From a virus, in the IMG/VR virus record IMGVR_UViG_3300009548_000002: a DNA stretch of 32,000 nucleotides. The stretch is one strand, 5' to 3'. Below the pieces are notes generated by a model, which had not been told where the DNA came from, searched no databases, and saw nothing but the letters and a program-made list of their open reading frames with translations. The first letter of the stretch is position 1; each line of letters begins with the position of its first letter. Shown here one piece after another: positions 16,232 to 22,786 of this stretch. Both the position numbers and the translations under genes were made by a program.

Positions 16232-16596
16232 AGAAGAAAAAGAAATTTCTCTCCCATGAGGAGCGCGCGGAAGCCGCGAAGCGTCGCAAGGCCGCAGCCG
16301 CAGCACGCAAGCGTTGGATGGAGAGAGTCCTCACAAAGGAACGCGAACGTGTGGCTGGATGGATGGAGTGGTACTGGTACAACCGCACGTACGCCTTTAC
16401 ATCCAATCACGCGATGCCTGCCGAAGACTGGAGCGCGGCGAACGTGGAAAAGATGATGAAGGACCTCGTCCGCGCCATTCGCTCTGGCGAGGCGCTCTCG
16501 AAGAACGAGCCCGTCGACGGTTGGGCGCACAGCACGAAGCGCTACGAGATCGCGTTCGATCCTGAAAAGGGTCAGGGGTACAGAGTCAAGCCATGA
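16228..16596 (+). CDS. hypothetical basic protein, 122 aa
   Basis: GTG 16228 lies in a GTGA overlap. Starts MKKKKKFLSHEERAEAAKRRKAAAAARKRW. Confidence 0.6.
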   Translation: MKKKKKFLSHEERAEAAKRRKAAAAARKRWMERVLTKERERVAGWMEWYWYNRTYAFTSNHAMPAEDWSAANVEKMMKDLVRAIRSGEALSKNEPVDGWAHSTKRYEIAFDPEKGQGYRVKP

Positions 16597-16892
16597 AAGA
16601 AGAGAAGAAGCTCCACGCGAACAGTGCTCACCTGCGCGTGACCCACGTGCGCTGCCCGAATTGCGGGGTCGACGTGATCGTCCGTCCCGCGCTCACGGCG
16701 ACGAAGGTGAAGGAGATGCTCGCCCAGCGAACCGGCATCCCAGTGGACAAGCTCAACGTGACGAAGGGGATCGGCATCGCGCTCCTCGAGGCCATCGATC
16801 GCATCGAAAAGAAAGTCTCGAGCGGCGAACCCGAGTCCGAGCACGCCGTCGTCACACCGATCGCCTCGATCGACGGAAACGAGGAATCCTGA
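16593..16892 (+). CDS. hypothetical protein, 99 aa
   Basis: ATGA overlap at 16593. Contains CPNCG. Confidence 0.6.
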   Translation: MKEEKKLHANSAHLRVTHVRCPNCGVDVIVRPALTATKVKEMLAQRTGIPVDKLNVTKGIGIALLEAIDRIEKKVSSGEPESEHAVVTPIASIDGNEES

Positions 16893-17098
16893 TGACGCAG
16901 AAAAGAGCGAAGCCGATCGTGAGCATCGCGGGATCGGACTGCCCGTGCGGGCGTCACAAATTCTTGGCAGACTACGGCAAGTGGTTCGCATGGGGCCCGC
17001 TCGGCCGACTCCCACTCCAAGGTGAGCCGCGTTGCGTCCGAAAGGCGCGCGAGAGATTCAGAGACGAGGTACGCGCCACGGCGAAAGCGGCACGCTAG
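16892..17098 (+). CDS. hypothetical protein, 68 aa
   Basis: ATG 16892 overlaps the previous TGA by 1 nt (MTQKRAKPIVSIAGSDCPCGRHKF...). Confidence 0.55.
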   Translation: MTQKRAKPIVSIAGSDCPCGRHKFLADYGKWFAWGPLGRLPLQGEPRCVRKARERFRDEVRATAKAAR

Positions 17099-17122
17099 TC
17101 GGGCGAGCGCCCTGCCGGTATA

Positions 17123-17407
17123 TTGGAAGGCGTGACGGTTCGTATCCTCGATGTCATCCAGATCAAAGGACGTGACGCCCAGCTCGCGCTTTTCGAGTGG
17201 GCTGGTGGCCCAGAGCCGAAAACAGGCGACGTTTATCGGCGCCTCTCCGACGGTTCCGAATGGAACGTTGCCGGCGTCGAATCGCGTCTCATCCCTCTGA
17301 GATCGGGGCATCCGGTTGGGCTCCTGCTTCGTCCCGCCGTGAACGATGGTGCCGCAGGGCCCCCAAAGGGAATCGCTATCCACGACGAGTTGGAGAAGAA
17401 GGCTTGA
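17123..17407 (+). CDS. hypothetical protein, ~91-94 aa
   Basis: Start is TTG 17123 or GTG 17132. G/C-rich third positions. Confidence 0.5.
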   Translation: MEGVTVRILDVIQIKGRDAQLALFEWAGGPEPKTGDVYRRLSDGSEWNVAGVESRLIPLRSGHPVGLLLRPAVNDGAAGPPKGIAIHDELEKKA

Positions 17408-17838
17408 TCCCGGTTGACCAAAACCACTTCGGCTACAAGGACGGCAACTGCTTCTCCGCGTGTGTCGCGTCGCTCCTCGAGCTTCCCATCGAAGCGGTTC
17501 CGACGTTCTACATTCCCGGTGAACCCGACTACGTCTGGACGCTCCGGCTCGACAGGTGGCTCGAGCCCTTCGGGCTCTATGGTCTACACTTCCTCGTCGA
17601 CCCGCCCGTGTACGAGCCTGTTCGGGAGGGGATCTACCGTCTCCATTCGACGAGCGCGCCGGGTGCGAAGCTCACGGTTCCGCCCGGCGTCCTCCACATC
17701 CGCGCCGGCCTGTCGCCGCGCGGGCGGTCACATGCTGTCCTTGCGCGCGGGCACGAGGTCGTGCACGACCCGAACCCCGCAAAGACGGGGCTCTTGTCCG
17801 TTGAGGGTTTCAGTTTACTCGTGCCGAGGTTCGAATAG
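17404..17838 (+). CDS. putative papain-fold (C39-like) cysteine peptidase, ~144 aa
   Basis: TTG 17404 lies in a TTGA overlap. GYKDGNCFSACVASLLE gives the Cys nucleophile context, and SHAVLARGHEVVHDPNP gives His/Asp. Confidence 0.55.
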   Translation: MIPVDQNHFGYKDGNCFSACVASLLELPIEAVPTFYIPGEPDYVWTLRLDRWLEPFGLYGLHFLVDPPVYEPVREGIYRLHSTSAPGAKLTVPPGVLHIRAGLSPRGRSHAVLARGHEVVHDPNPAKTGLLSVEGFSLLVPRFE

Positions 17839-17840
17839 CC

Positions 17841-18293
17841 ATGACGATGCAAGCGATGACCGACACGGAGAGACGGAAGTTCGAGCGGGAGATCCTTGCG
17901 CTCAATCTTCACGGTTTCGACGGCGAGTGTGGCCTCGCAGCGATCGAGATCAACCGGCGCGTCTTCGGCGGCGAGGGTCGCTACATCGCAGGCCTGAACG
18001 AGTACATGCTCGAGCGCGGCAGCCCCGTCGGCCACGCCGCCGTGCTCTATCCCGCCCATCGAGGGTTTGGCCGCTACTGGGACGCGCGCGGCGAGATCCG
18101 CGGAGGCGAAGAAGAGCTTCGCCGGTGGGGCATCTTGAATTTCGAGGATCCCACCTTCAAAGACGTACCGGGCTGGACGCGCGCGCGGGCCGCCAAAGCG
18201 ATCACCGTCGAACTCGGTGACGAGTGGGTCGCGAGCAAAGCATTCAAGATCGACTCCGGGTCGAAGCCGAAAATGATCTTCGGCAAGCGGTAG
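17841..18293 (+). CDS. hypothetical protein, 150 aa
   Basis: ATG 17841 lies 2 nt after the previous TAG. Confidence 0.65.
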   Translation: MTMQAMTDTERRKFEREILALNLHGFDGECGLAAIEINRRVFGGEGRYIAGLNEYMLERGSPVGHAAVLYPAHRGFGRYWDARGEIRGGEEELRRWGILNFEDPTFKDVPGWTRARAAKAITVELGDEWVASKAFKIDSGSKPKMIFGKR

Positions 18294-18307
18294 AGAAGGA
18301 GCACGCG

Positions 18308-18739
18308 GTGAGCTTCGAGGACATCATGATGAAGCGCCTCGCCGAATGCGGCACCGAGGCGTGCCGCGAAGTGGATCGCGGACTCGAGGCGGGCCGTCCG
18401 CTCGGCGACGCGGTGCTCGACGCGATCGAGTCACTCCCGGCTGGCAAAACGCGCGATCTCCGGCGCTGGCTCGAGGACTGGGAAGCGTGGGACGAGTGGC
18501 TGGGCTTCAAAAAGGCCGGATGGGACCTGCGCGTGCTGCCCAAAGGCATCGTGCTCTTGCGAACGCCCGAGATAAGCGAGTCTTTCGGCATTTCACGAAA
18601 TAGCCCGCGGCCGTCTGAACGGGCCATCGCGGCATCTGCTGGCGTGCGCGAAGTGAAAGACGCGATGGGCGGATGGGAACAGTACGAAGACAAGCGCGGA
18701 CGCGTCTTCTACGATCGCGTCTACGAGGTGGTCTCGTGA
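18308..18739 (+). CDS. hypothetical protein, 143 aa
   Basis: AAGGAG RBS lies 6 nt before GTG 18308. Last gene of the plus block. Confidence 0.6.
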   Translation: MSFEDIMMKRLAECGTEACREVDRGLEAGRPLGDAVLDAIESLPAGKTRDLRRWLEDWEAWDEWLGFKKAGWDLRVLPKGIVLLRTPEISESFGISRNSPRPSERAIAASAGVREVKDAMGGWEQYEDKRGRVFYDRVYEVVS

Positions 18740-18757
18740 GCTTCGAAAGCACCTTCG

Positions 18758-18919
18758 CTAATGCCTGTTTCGCGGTCCTCGGGTGATCCGCCAGTAGACG
18801 AGGCTGCCGAGGTGCCGGTTCGACCAATGAGCTTCGAAGCGCAGCTTGAGGAAGCGGGCGAGCCTTTCGAGGTGTTCGCGTTTGCCATGAATGAGGTGAG
18901 CACGTTTCACGATGGCCAT
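18758..18919 (-). CDS. hypothetical protein, 53 aa
   Basis: ATG 18919 lies in an ATGA overlap with the ATPase stop (MAIVKRAHLIHGKREHLERLARF...). Confidence 0.5.
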   Translation of the reverse strand: MAIVKRAHLIHGKREHLERLARFLKLRFEAHWSNRHLGSLVYWRITRGPRNRH

Positions 18920-19746
18920 CAGCGATCTTTTTCTTCCTGAGCCCTTCGCTTTTCGTTGTCGTTCAAGATCGCCTGGATCGCTCGCCAACGCTTGAGCGAC
19001 TCCTCATGCAGCTCGCGGATGTCGCGCGGGACGATGGGCGCCTCGAACCACGCCTCGAGTGACGCGGGCGCGCCTTCGCCGATGCCGAGGTGGACATAGT
19101 GAAGGGGCAACGCGAGGAGCGGAGCGAGGAGGGCGCGGCGGTGCGAGACGAGCACGATCGCGCGGGTGTGCTCACCGGGGTCTTTCGCGAAGTCGCGGAT
19201 CGCTTCACCCATCCCCGCGGCCCAACTGTCCGACAAGCCGAGGTCGGGCTCGTCCCACACGACGACGTGCGGCGCCTCGCGGTCCTTGCACGTCGTGATG
19301 CCGCCGAGGACGGTGCCGACGGAGTTCTCGCCGGTTGACTGGTCGTGCTCGCTCCCGTACACCATCGAACGGAGACCGCCAAAGGCGCTCGAGTCCACGC
19401 GTCCCTCCATCGAGAGGTGGATGCACTCGGTCTTCGACTTTTGGCAAACGCTGCGAACGATGCGCCGGAAGAAGCTCTTGCCCGAGGCGTTTTCGCCGAC
19501 CACGACGACGAGCTTGCTGCCAGTCTCGGGCGAAACGCGCAGGAAAGGGATGGCGGGACGAAAGCGGCCACCCTCGTCGTTATCACTCCGTGGGGCCCAG
19601 CGACCGCGCTCCGCGCGGTCGCGCGGGTGGAAGTAGGAGAAGTCGAGGGCGATGTCGAGAAGTTCGGCAGCCGAGTCGAAGGCCCACTTCTTCGCCTCCC
19701 TCGCCTCCTTCGTTTCGGCAGTCATTCGTCGTTTGGTATACGACAT
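18919..19746 (-). CDS. ABC/SMC-type P-loop ATPase, 275 aa
   Basis: Walker A is VVVVGENASGKS. Walker B and D-loop are VVVWDEPDLGLS. The H-loop is LVSH. QSTGENS is a signature-like element. Confidence 0.8.
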   Translation of the reverse strand: MSYTKRRMTAETKEAREAKKWAFDSAAELLDIALDFSYFHPRDRAERGRWAPRSDNDEGGRFRPAIPFLRVSPETGSKLVVVVGENASGKSFFRRIVRSVCQKSKTECIHLSMEGRVDSSAFGGLRSMVYGSEHDQSTGENSVGTVLGGITTCKDREAPHVVVWDEPDLGLSDSWAAGMGEAIRDFAKDPGEHTRAIVLVSHRRALLAPLLALPLHYVHLGIGEGAPASLEAWFEAPIVPRDIRELHEESLKRWRAIQAILNDNEKRRAQEEKDR

Positions 19747-19776
19747 GTATCATGTAAAGTCAATGGTATGTAGCGG

Positions 19777-19863
19777 CGGAAACCGGAGTACTCGAAACTC
19801 AACGTCGCAATGACGTCGCATCCCTTAGCAGGGGAGCCCCGCACCTAGCCGGGTTCAGCTTCC
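19777..19863 (-). tRNA. tRNA-Ser(GCU)
   Basis: Hand fold. Acceptor GGAAGCT/GGTTTCC. Anticodon loop CTGCTAA. Long variable arm ACGTC-ATTGC-GACGT. T-loop TTCGAGT. Confidence 0.75.
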
Positions 19864-19864
19864 G

Positions 19865-19950
19865 TGGCGGAAGATGATGGGATCGAACCATCGGCCTCGC
19901 GGTCTCCACGGGTATTCAAAGCCCGCTGCTCACCTTGAGCGGCATCTTCC
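19865..19950 (-). tRNA. tRNA-Ser(UGA)
   Basis: Acceptor GGAAGAT/ATCTTCC. Loop TTTGAAT. Long variable arm. T arm GATGG-TTCGATC-CCATC. CCA encoded. Confidence 0.8.
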
Positions 19951-19954
19951 TCGG

Positions 19955-20036
19955 CGGAAGGCGGAGAAATCGAATCCCAGACTGACGTCCGCACTGCTTT
20001 CGAAACAGGCTCAGCACCCTGACTGATTCACCTTCC
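19955..20036 (-). tRNA. tRNA-Ser(CGA)
   Basis: Acceptor GGAAGGT/GCCTTCC. Loop TTCGAAA. Extended variable region. T-loop TTCGATT. Confidence 0.75.
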
Positions 20037-20073
20037 TCAGGACTTCTCTCTGTTCGTCATAGGAATCTCGTAG

Positions 20074-20159
20074 CGGAAGACGAAGGACTCGAACCCTAAG
20101 CGCTCGCGCGCTCGCACCCGCTTCCAACGGGGCCTAGCTCCCTGGCTAGTTCATCTTCC
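20074..20159 (-). tRNA. tRNA-Ser(GGA)
   Basis: Acceptor GGAAGAT/GTCTTCC. Loop TTGGAAG. Variable arm AGCGC-GCGA-GCGCT. T-loop TTCGAGT. Confidence 0.75.
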
Positions 20160-20173
20160 ATTTTACCTATCTG

Positions 20174-20247
20174 TCGGAGTGACAGGATTTGAACCTGTGA
20201 TCTCTCGGCCCCCAGCCGAGCGCTCTACCAGACTGAGCCACACTCCG
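20174..20247 (-). tRNA. tRNA-Pro(GGG)
   Basis: Acceptor CGGAGTG/CACTCCG (C1-G72). D arm GCTC-AGTCTGGTA-GAGC. Loop CTGGGGG. T arm ACAGG-TTCAAAT-CCTGT. Confidence 0.9.
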
Positions 20248-20252
20248 GAAAC

Positions 20253-20274
20253 GACAGACTTTACCCGGTCTGTC
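20253..20274 (-). terminator. hairpin between the HNH stop and tRNA-Pro (terminator or processing site?)
   Basis: GACAGAC-N8-GTCTGTC, followed on the minus strand by GTTTCC. A CGGGTTTCC direct repeat lies adjacent (20277-20294). Confidence 0.3.
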
Positions 20275-20307
20275 AGCGGGTTTCCCGGGTTTCCACGGGA
20301 CGATGCT

Positions 20308-20898
20308 TCACGCCGACGCCGACGCGATGTACGGCTCCCACTCGGCCGGGACGCGGCGAAGCGAGAGCACGGGCTGCGCGAGCGGCAGCGTCTTCGGACG
20401 GTAGGGCTTCCTGAGGAGCTTCATCTTCGCCTCCTCCGGCGTGCGGGCGCCCTTCTTGTCGTTGCACGAGCGACAGGCCGCGACGATGTTGTCCCAGACC
20501 GTTTGGCCACCCTGCTTGCGCGGCGTGACGTGGTCATAGGTGAGCTTCGTCATCACGAAGCGCTCGCCGCAGTACTGACAGACGAAGTTGTCGCGCGAGA
20601 AGATGTTCACGCGGGAGAACTTCACGCCCTTCTTCCAGAGACTCGTCGGCTTCGTGAGTCTCGCGACCGCGGGCATGCGCATCACGACGCCGCGCTCCTC
20701 GTTTCTGTAGATGACCTCATCGTATTCGGTGAGGATCTCGACCTTGCCCGTGAAAAGCTCGGTGATGACGTCTTGCCACGGCGCGATGCGATGCGGCTGC
20801 ATCCACGAGTTGAGGATGAGCGTGGTGTTCGGGAAAGCGGTCTCGGTCGTTGTTGGAACAGTCGCGGGGACTCGGAGAGATCGCGCGGGGCGGGTCAT
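20308..20898 (-). CDS. HNH endonuclease, ~196 aa
   Basis: FVCQYCGERF...YDHVTPRKQGGQTVWDNIVAACRSCNDKKGARTPEEA. The N-terminal W..A-type domain is typical of phage and actinobacterial HNH proteins. AGGTGA RBS lies before ATG 20898. Confidence 0.9.
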   Translation of the reverse strand: MTRPARSLRVPATVPTTTETAFPNTTLILNSWMQPHRIAPWQDVITELFTGKVEILTEYDEVIYRNEERGVVMRMPAVARLTKPTSLWKKGVKFSRVNIFSRDNFVCQYCGERFVMTKLTYDHVTPRKQGGQTVWDNIVAACRSCNDKKGARTPEEAKMKLLRKPYRPKTLPLAQPVLSLRRVPAEWEPYIASASA

Positions 20899-20919
20899 GG
20901 CTATCACCTGGGGTCGTTG

Positions 20920-20991
20920 TGGATCCGTCGTGATTTGAACACGACCACGGTGCTTATCAGGCGCCGCCGGTCAACCAGACCATCCGGATCC
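20920..20991 (-). tRNA. tRNA-Ile(GAU)
   Basis: Acceptor GGATCCG/CGGATCC. Loop CTGATAA. T arm TCGTG-TTCAAAT-CACGA. The D region is compact and irregular. Confidence 0.7.
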
Positions 20992-21045
20992 GTTTTGGGT
21001 TTCGGGACAAAGACGTCGAAGAGAAAGATACCAGACGAAGCTTCG

Positions 21046-21115
21046 TGGGCGCATGCAGAGTCGGACTGCTGAACGCATGCTTATAAGGCTTGGTCCCGGA
21101 ACCGCCGGTGCGCCC
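21046..21115 (-). tRNA. tRNA-Ile(UAU)-like
   Basis: Acceptor GGGCGCA/TGCGCCC (7/7). Anticodon arm CAAGC-CTTATAA-GCATG with one A.A mismatch. T arm GCAG-TCCGACT-CTGC. Irregular D region. Confidence 0.6.
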
Positions 21116-21128
21116 TTGTGAATCGCAG

Positions 21129-21201
21129 TGAGAGGACCGGGGATCGAACCCGGCGAATCTACCGTGTCAGGGTAGCGCGTTCTCCAGCTCGCTCTCCTCT
21201 C
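21129..21201 (-). tRNA. tRNA-Val(GAC)
   Basis: Acceptor GAGAGGA/TCCTCTC. Anticodon arm CTACC-CTGACAC-GGTAG. T arm CCGGG-TTCGATC-CCCGG. Confidence 0.9.
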
Positions 21202-21216
21202 TCGTAGCACTCATAG

Positions 21217-21288
21217 TAGGTCCAGATGGATTCGCACCATCATCTCCTGCGTGTGGGGCAGGCATCCTACGTCTTGGACGATGAACCC
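21217..21288 (-). tRNA. tRNA-Val(CAC)-like with C33
   Basis: Acceptor GGGTTCA/TGGACCT (2 G.U). D stem GTCC/GGAT. Anticodon arm CCTGC-CCCACAC-GCAGG. T arm GATGG-TGCGAAT-CCATC. Confidence 0.6.
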
Positions 21289-21340
21289 GTGTGTAGTAAC
21301 TATGACGTATGAAGATCGTCGTCGTGAACCGGGAGCTTCC

Positions 21341-21751
21341 ATGATCGGTACGACGCTCTATGCCGTCGCCGGCGCGTTGACGCTCGCGTACATCCTAGCA
21401 TGGACAGGAAGGTCGGAGGACCGCGTCATCATCACCAACGTCGCCGTGCCAGCGCTCAAACAGATCCGGGCCACTTGGGGCCCGTTCACCACGTATCTAT
21501 GCGCTGTGACGTGCGCCATCGCGGTCTCCATCGGACTCGTCGCGATCTGGCCGCTGACCTTGCTCATGAGGTTCATGGTGAACGCGCGGAGAGCTGAGAT
21601 GAAGAAGGAGGAAACGTCGGCACCCATGCCGCTGGACGTGGCAGACCAACTTCGCTGGGAACTCGAACTGCTCAAGGCCAACCGCAAACTGATCGACGAC
21701 GTCATCACGGAACACGAAAAGAAACTCGCTGTTCAAGCGACCTCCAACTAG
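21341..21751 (+). CDS. membrane plus coiled-coil protein, 136 aa (embedded in tRNA array)
   Basis: ATG 21341 (MIGTTLYAVAGALTLAYILAW...). Two TM segments, then LRWELELLKANRKLIDDV. The upstream part of the track ORF overlaps a tRNA. Confidence 0.65.
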   Translation: MIGTTLYAVAGALTLAYILAWTGRSEDRVIITNVAVPALKQIRATWGPFTTYLCAVTCAIAVSIGLVAIWPLTLLMRFMVNARRAEMKKEETSAPMPLDVADQLRWELELLKANRKLIDDVITEHEKKLAVQATSN

Positions 21752-21761
21752 CCCGGACGTC

Positions 21762-22151
21762 GTGCTCAGCGATCTCCCCCAAGGCAAGGAGCGCGGCGAG
21801 TGGCAGCGCATCCTCCTGGACGAGTTCGGCGATCATCCGCGATGGTCCGCGATCATTCGATGCCCAGAGTGCGGCACGCGGCTCCCAATCCCGAACCACA
21901 CGATCGCGGCGGACGGACATGTGAGGCCTTCGGTCGGCCACCCGAAGGGCTCGTGCCCGTGGCACCCGCCGTCCGTGATGCTCCTCGGTTGGGCTCCGTG
22001 CCCTCCGAACCCGTCCCCGAGACCCTTCTGCGATCCGTGCATCCGTTGCGGCGCCCGCGCGCGGCAGCTCGCGGGCTGGGGAATGGCGTCGGGAGGGCTC
22101 CACTGTCCGATCTGCATGAAGATCATCTGTGGGATCGAAGTGAAGAAGTAA
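21762..22151 (+). CDS. Cys-rich zinc-ribbon protein, 129 aa (embedded in tRNA array)
   Basis: GTG 21762. Contains CPECG...CPWH and CDPCIRCG...CPICMKI. Confidence 0.6.
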   Translation: MLSDLPQGKERGEWQRILLDEFGDHPRWSAIIRCPECGTRLPIPNHTIAADGHVRPSVGHPKGSCPWHPPSVMLLGWAPCPPNPSPRPFCDPCIRCGARARQLAGWGMASGGLHCPICMKIICGIEVKK

Positions 22152-22173
22152 GCCCTCTTCTATTAGAATGTAG

Positions 22174-22247
22174 TCAAGGTGACTGGACTTGAACCAGCAG
22201 TCTCTCGGACCCGAACCGAGCGCTTTACCAGATTAAGCTACACCTTG
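22174..22247 (-). tRNA. tRNA-Pro(CGG)
   Basis: Acceptor CAAGGTG/CACCTTG. Anticodon arm CTCGG-TTCGGGT-CCGAG. T arm GCTGG-TTCAAGT-CCAGT. Confidence 0.9.
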
Positions 22248-22255
22248 ATGGTTGA

Positions 22256-22329
22256 TGGTTGGGGCAGACGGAATCGGACCGCCGTAGCTAGTGTCAAAAA
22301 CTAGCGTCCTGCCACTGGACGATGCCCCA
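22256..22329 (-). tRNA. tRNA-Gln(UUG)
   Basis: Acceptor TGGGGCA/TGCCCCA (U1-A72). Anticodon arm CTAGT-TTTTGAC-ACTAG. T arm GGCGG-TCCGATT-CCGTC. CCA encoded. Confidence 0.85.
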
Positions 22330-22330
22330 G

Positions 22331-22404
22331 TATCCGCGGCGGGCTTCGAACCCGCACTGTACCGTTTTAAGTCGGTCGCCTCCTACCAGTTGGGCTACGC
22401 GGAC
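22331..22404 (-). tRNA. tRNA with UAA anticodon (Leu-type D arm, short variable loop, enlarged anticodon loop)
   Basis: Acceptor GTCCGCG/CGCGGAT, A73. Anticodon stem ACCG/CGGT encloses 8 nt (ACTTAAAA). Variable loop ACAGT. T arm GCGGG-TTCGAAG-CCCGC. Confidence 0.6.
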
Positions 22405-22411
22405 TCCTCAG

Positions 22412-22487
22412 TGCCAACGGAGGGATTCGAACCCACACTGTCCTCTTTCTGAGAGAGGCGACTCCTACCGAGTTGGTCTACGTTGGC
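22412..22487 (-). tRNA. tRNA-Leu(CAG)-like, class-I length (5-nt variable loop)
   Basis: Acceptor GCCAACG/CGTTGGC, A73. D arm GAC-CAACTCGGTAGGA-GTC. Anticodon arm CCTCT-CTCAGAA-AGAGG. Variable loop ACAGT. T-loop TTCGAAT. Confidence 0.75.
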
Positions 22488-22499
22488 GTTTATCTAAGA

Positions 22500-22558
22500 C
22501 ATTGCGGCGCAGCCGCAATGCCGACTCTTGCTGGGAAGACGCTAAAGGCGTCGTTCCC
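22500..22558 (-). ncRNA. two strong hairpins in a 72-nt tRNA spacer (function unknown)
   Basis: CATTGCGGC-GCA-GCCGCAATG (22500-22520) and GGGAAGACGC-TAAAG-GCGTC(G)TTCCC (22533-22558). No cloverleaf can be drawn. Confidence 0.4.
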
Positions 22559-22559
22559 A

Positions 22560-22630
22560 TGGTCGCGGTAGGCGGAGTTGAACCGCCTAGATCGTCCTTA
22601 TGAGAGACGTCTTGCTCCGAGCTTACCGCG
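22560..22630 (-). tRNA. tRNA with CAU anticodon (elongator Met or Ile2), reduced D arm
   Basis: Acceptor CGCGGTA/TACCGCG. Anticodon arm CGTCT-CTCATAA-GGACG. T arm GGCGG-TTCAACT-CCGCC. CCA encoded. Only 12 nt in the D region. Confidence 0.7.
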
Positions 22631-22631
22631 G

Positions 22632-22702
22632 CATCCCCGCTCAGGGTCGAACTGAGACATCGACGTTCGAAGCGTCGAGCGCGGTTCCGCCGCGACGGGG
22701 AC
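22632..22702 (-). tRNA. tRNA-Arg(UCG)
   Basis: Acceptor GTCCCCG/CGGGGAT. Anticodon arm CGACG-CTTCGAA-CGTCG. T arm CTCAG-TTCGACC-CTGAG. Confidence 0.8.
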
Positions 22703-22703
22703 A

Positions 22704-22777
22704 TGGCCTCCCTGCTGAGACTCGAACTCAGACAGCGAGCTTCGGAAACTCGCGCCTCGATCCGCGAGGACAGGGAG
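22704..22777 (-). tRNA. tRNA-Arg(CCG)
   Basis: Acceptor CTCCCTG/CAGGGAG. Anticodon arm CGAGT-TTCCGAA-GCTCG. T arm CTGAG-TTCGAGT-CTCAG. CCA encoded. Confidence 0.85.
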
Positions 22778-22786
22778 AAAAAAGAA

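Noticed and set aside
15446-16306. 286-aa minus-strand ORF antisense to the DUF4326 fusion gene
   Set aside because: Its composition is that of a shadow ORF. The plus frame is continuous with the recognisable DUF4326 domain and coupled to its neighbours.
18919-20907. Septu-like (ATPase + HNH) defence pair
   Set aside because: Five tRNA genes separate the two genes. The ATPase is far smaller than PtuA-type proteins. The HNH protein belongs by motif to the common phage and actinobacterial HNH family rather than a PtuB-like partner.
22331-22404. Ochre-suppressor tRNA (anticodon UUA) implying stop-codon recoding
   Set aside because: Reading UUA needs C at position 33 of an already irregular 8-nt loop. 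TAA (the MVP stop), TAG and TGA all terminate well-supported ORFs here. The tRNA is paralogous to the CAG and CAA Leu-type tRNAs, so UAA (Leu) is the simpler reading.
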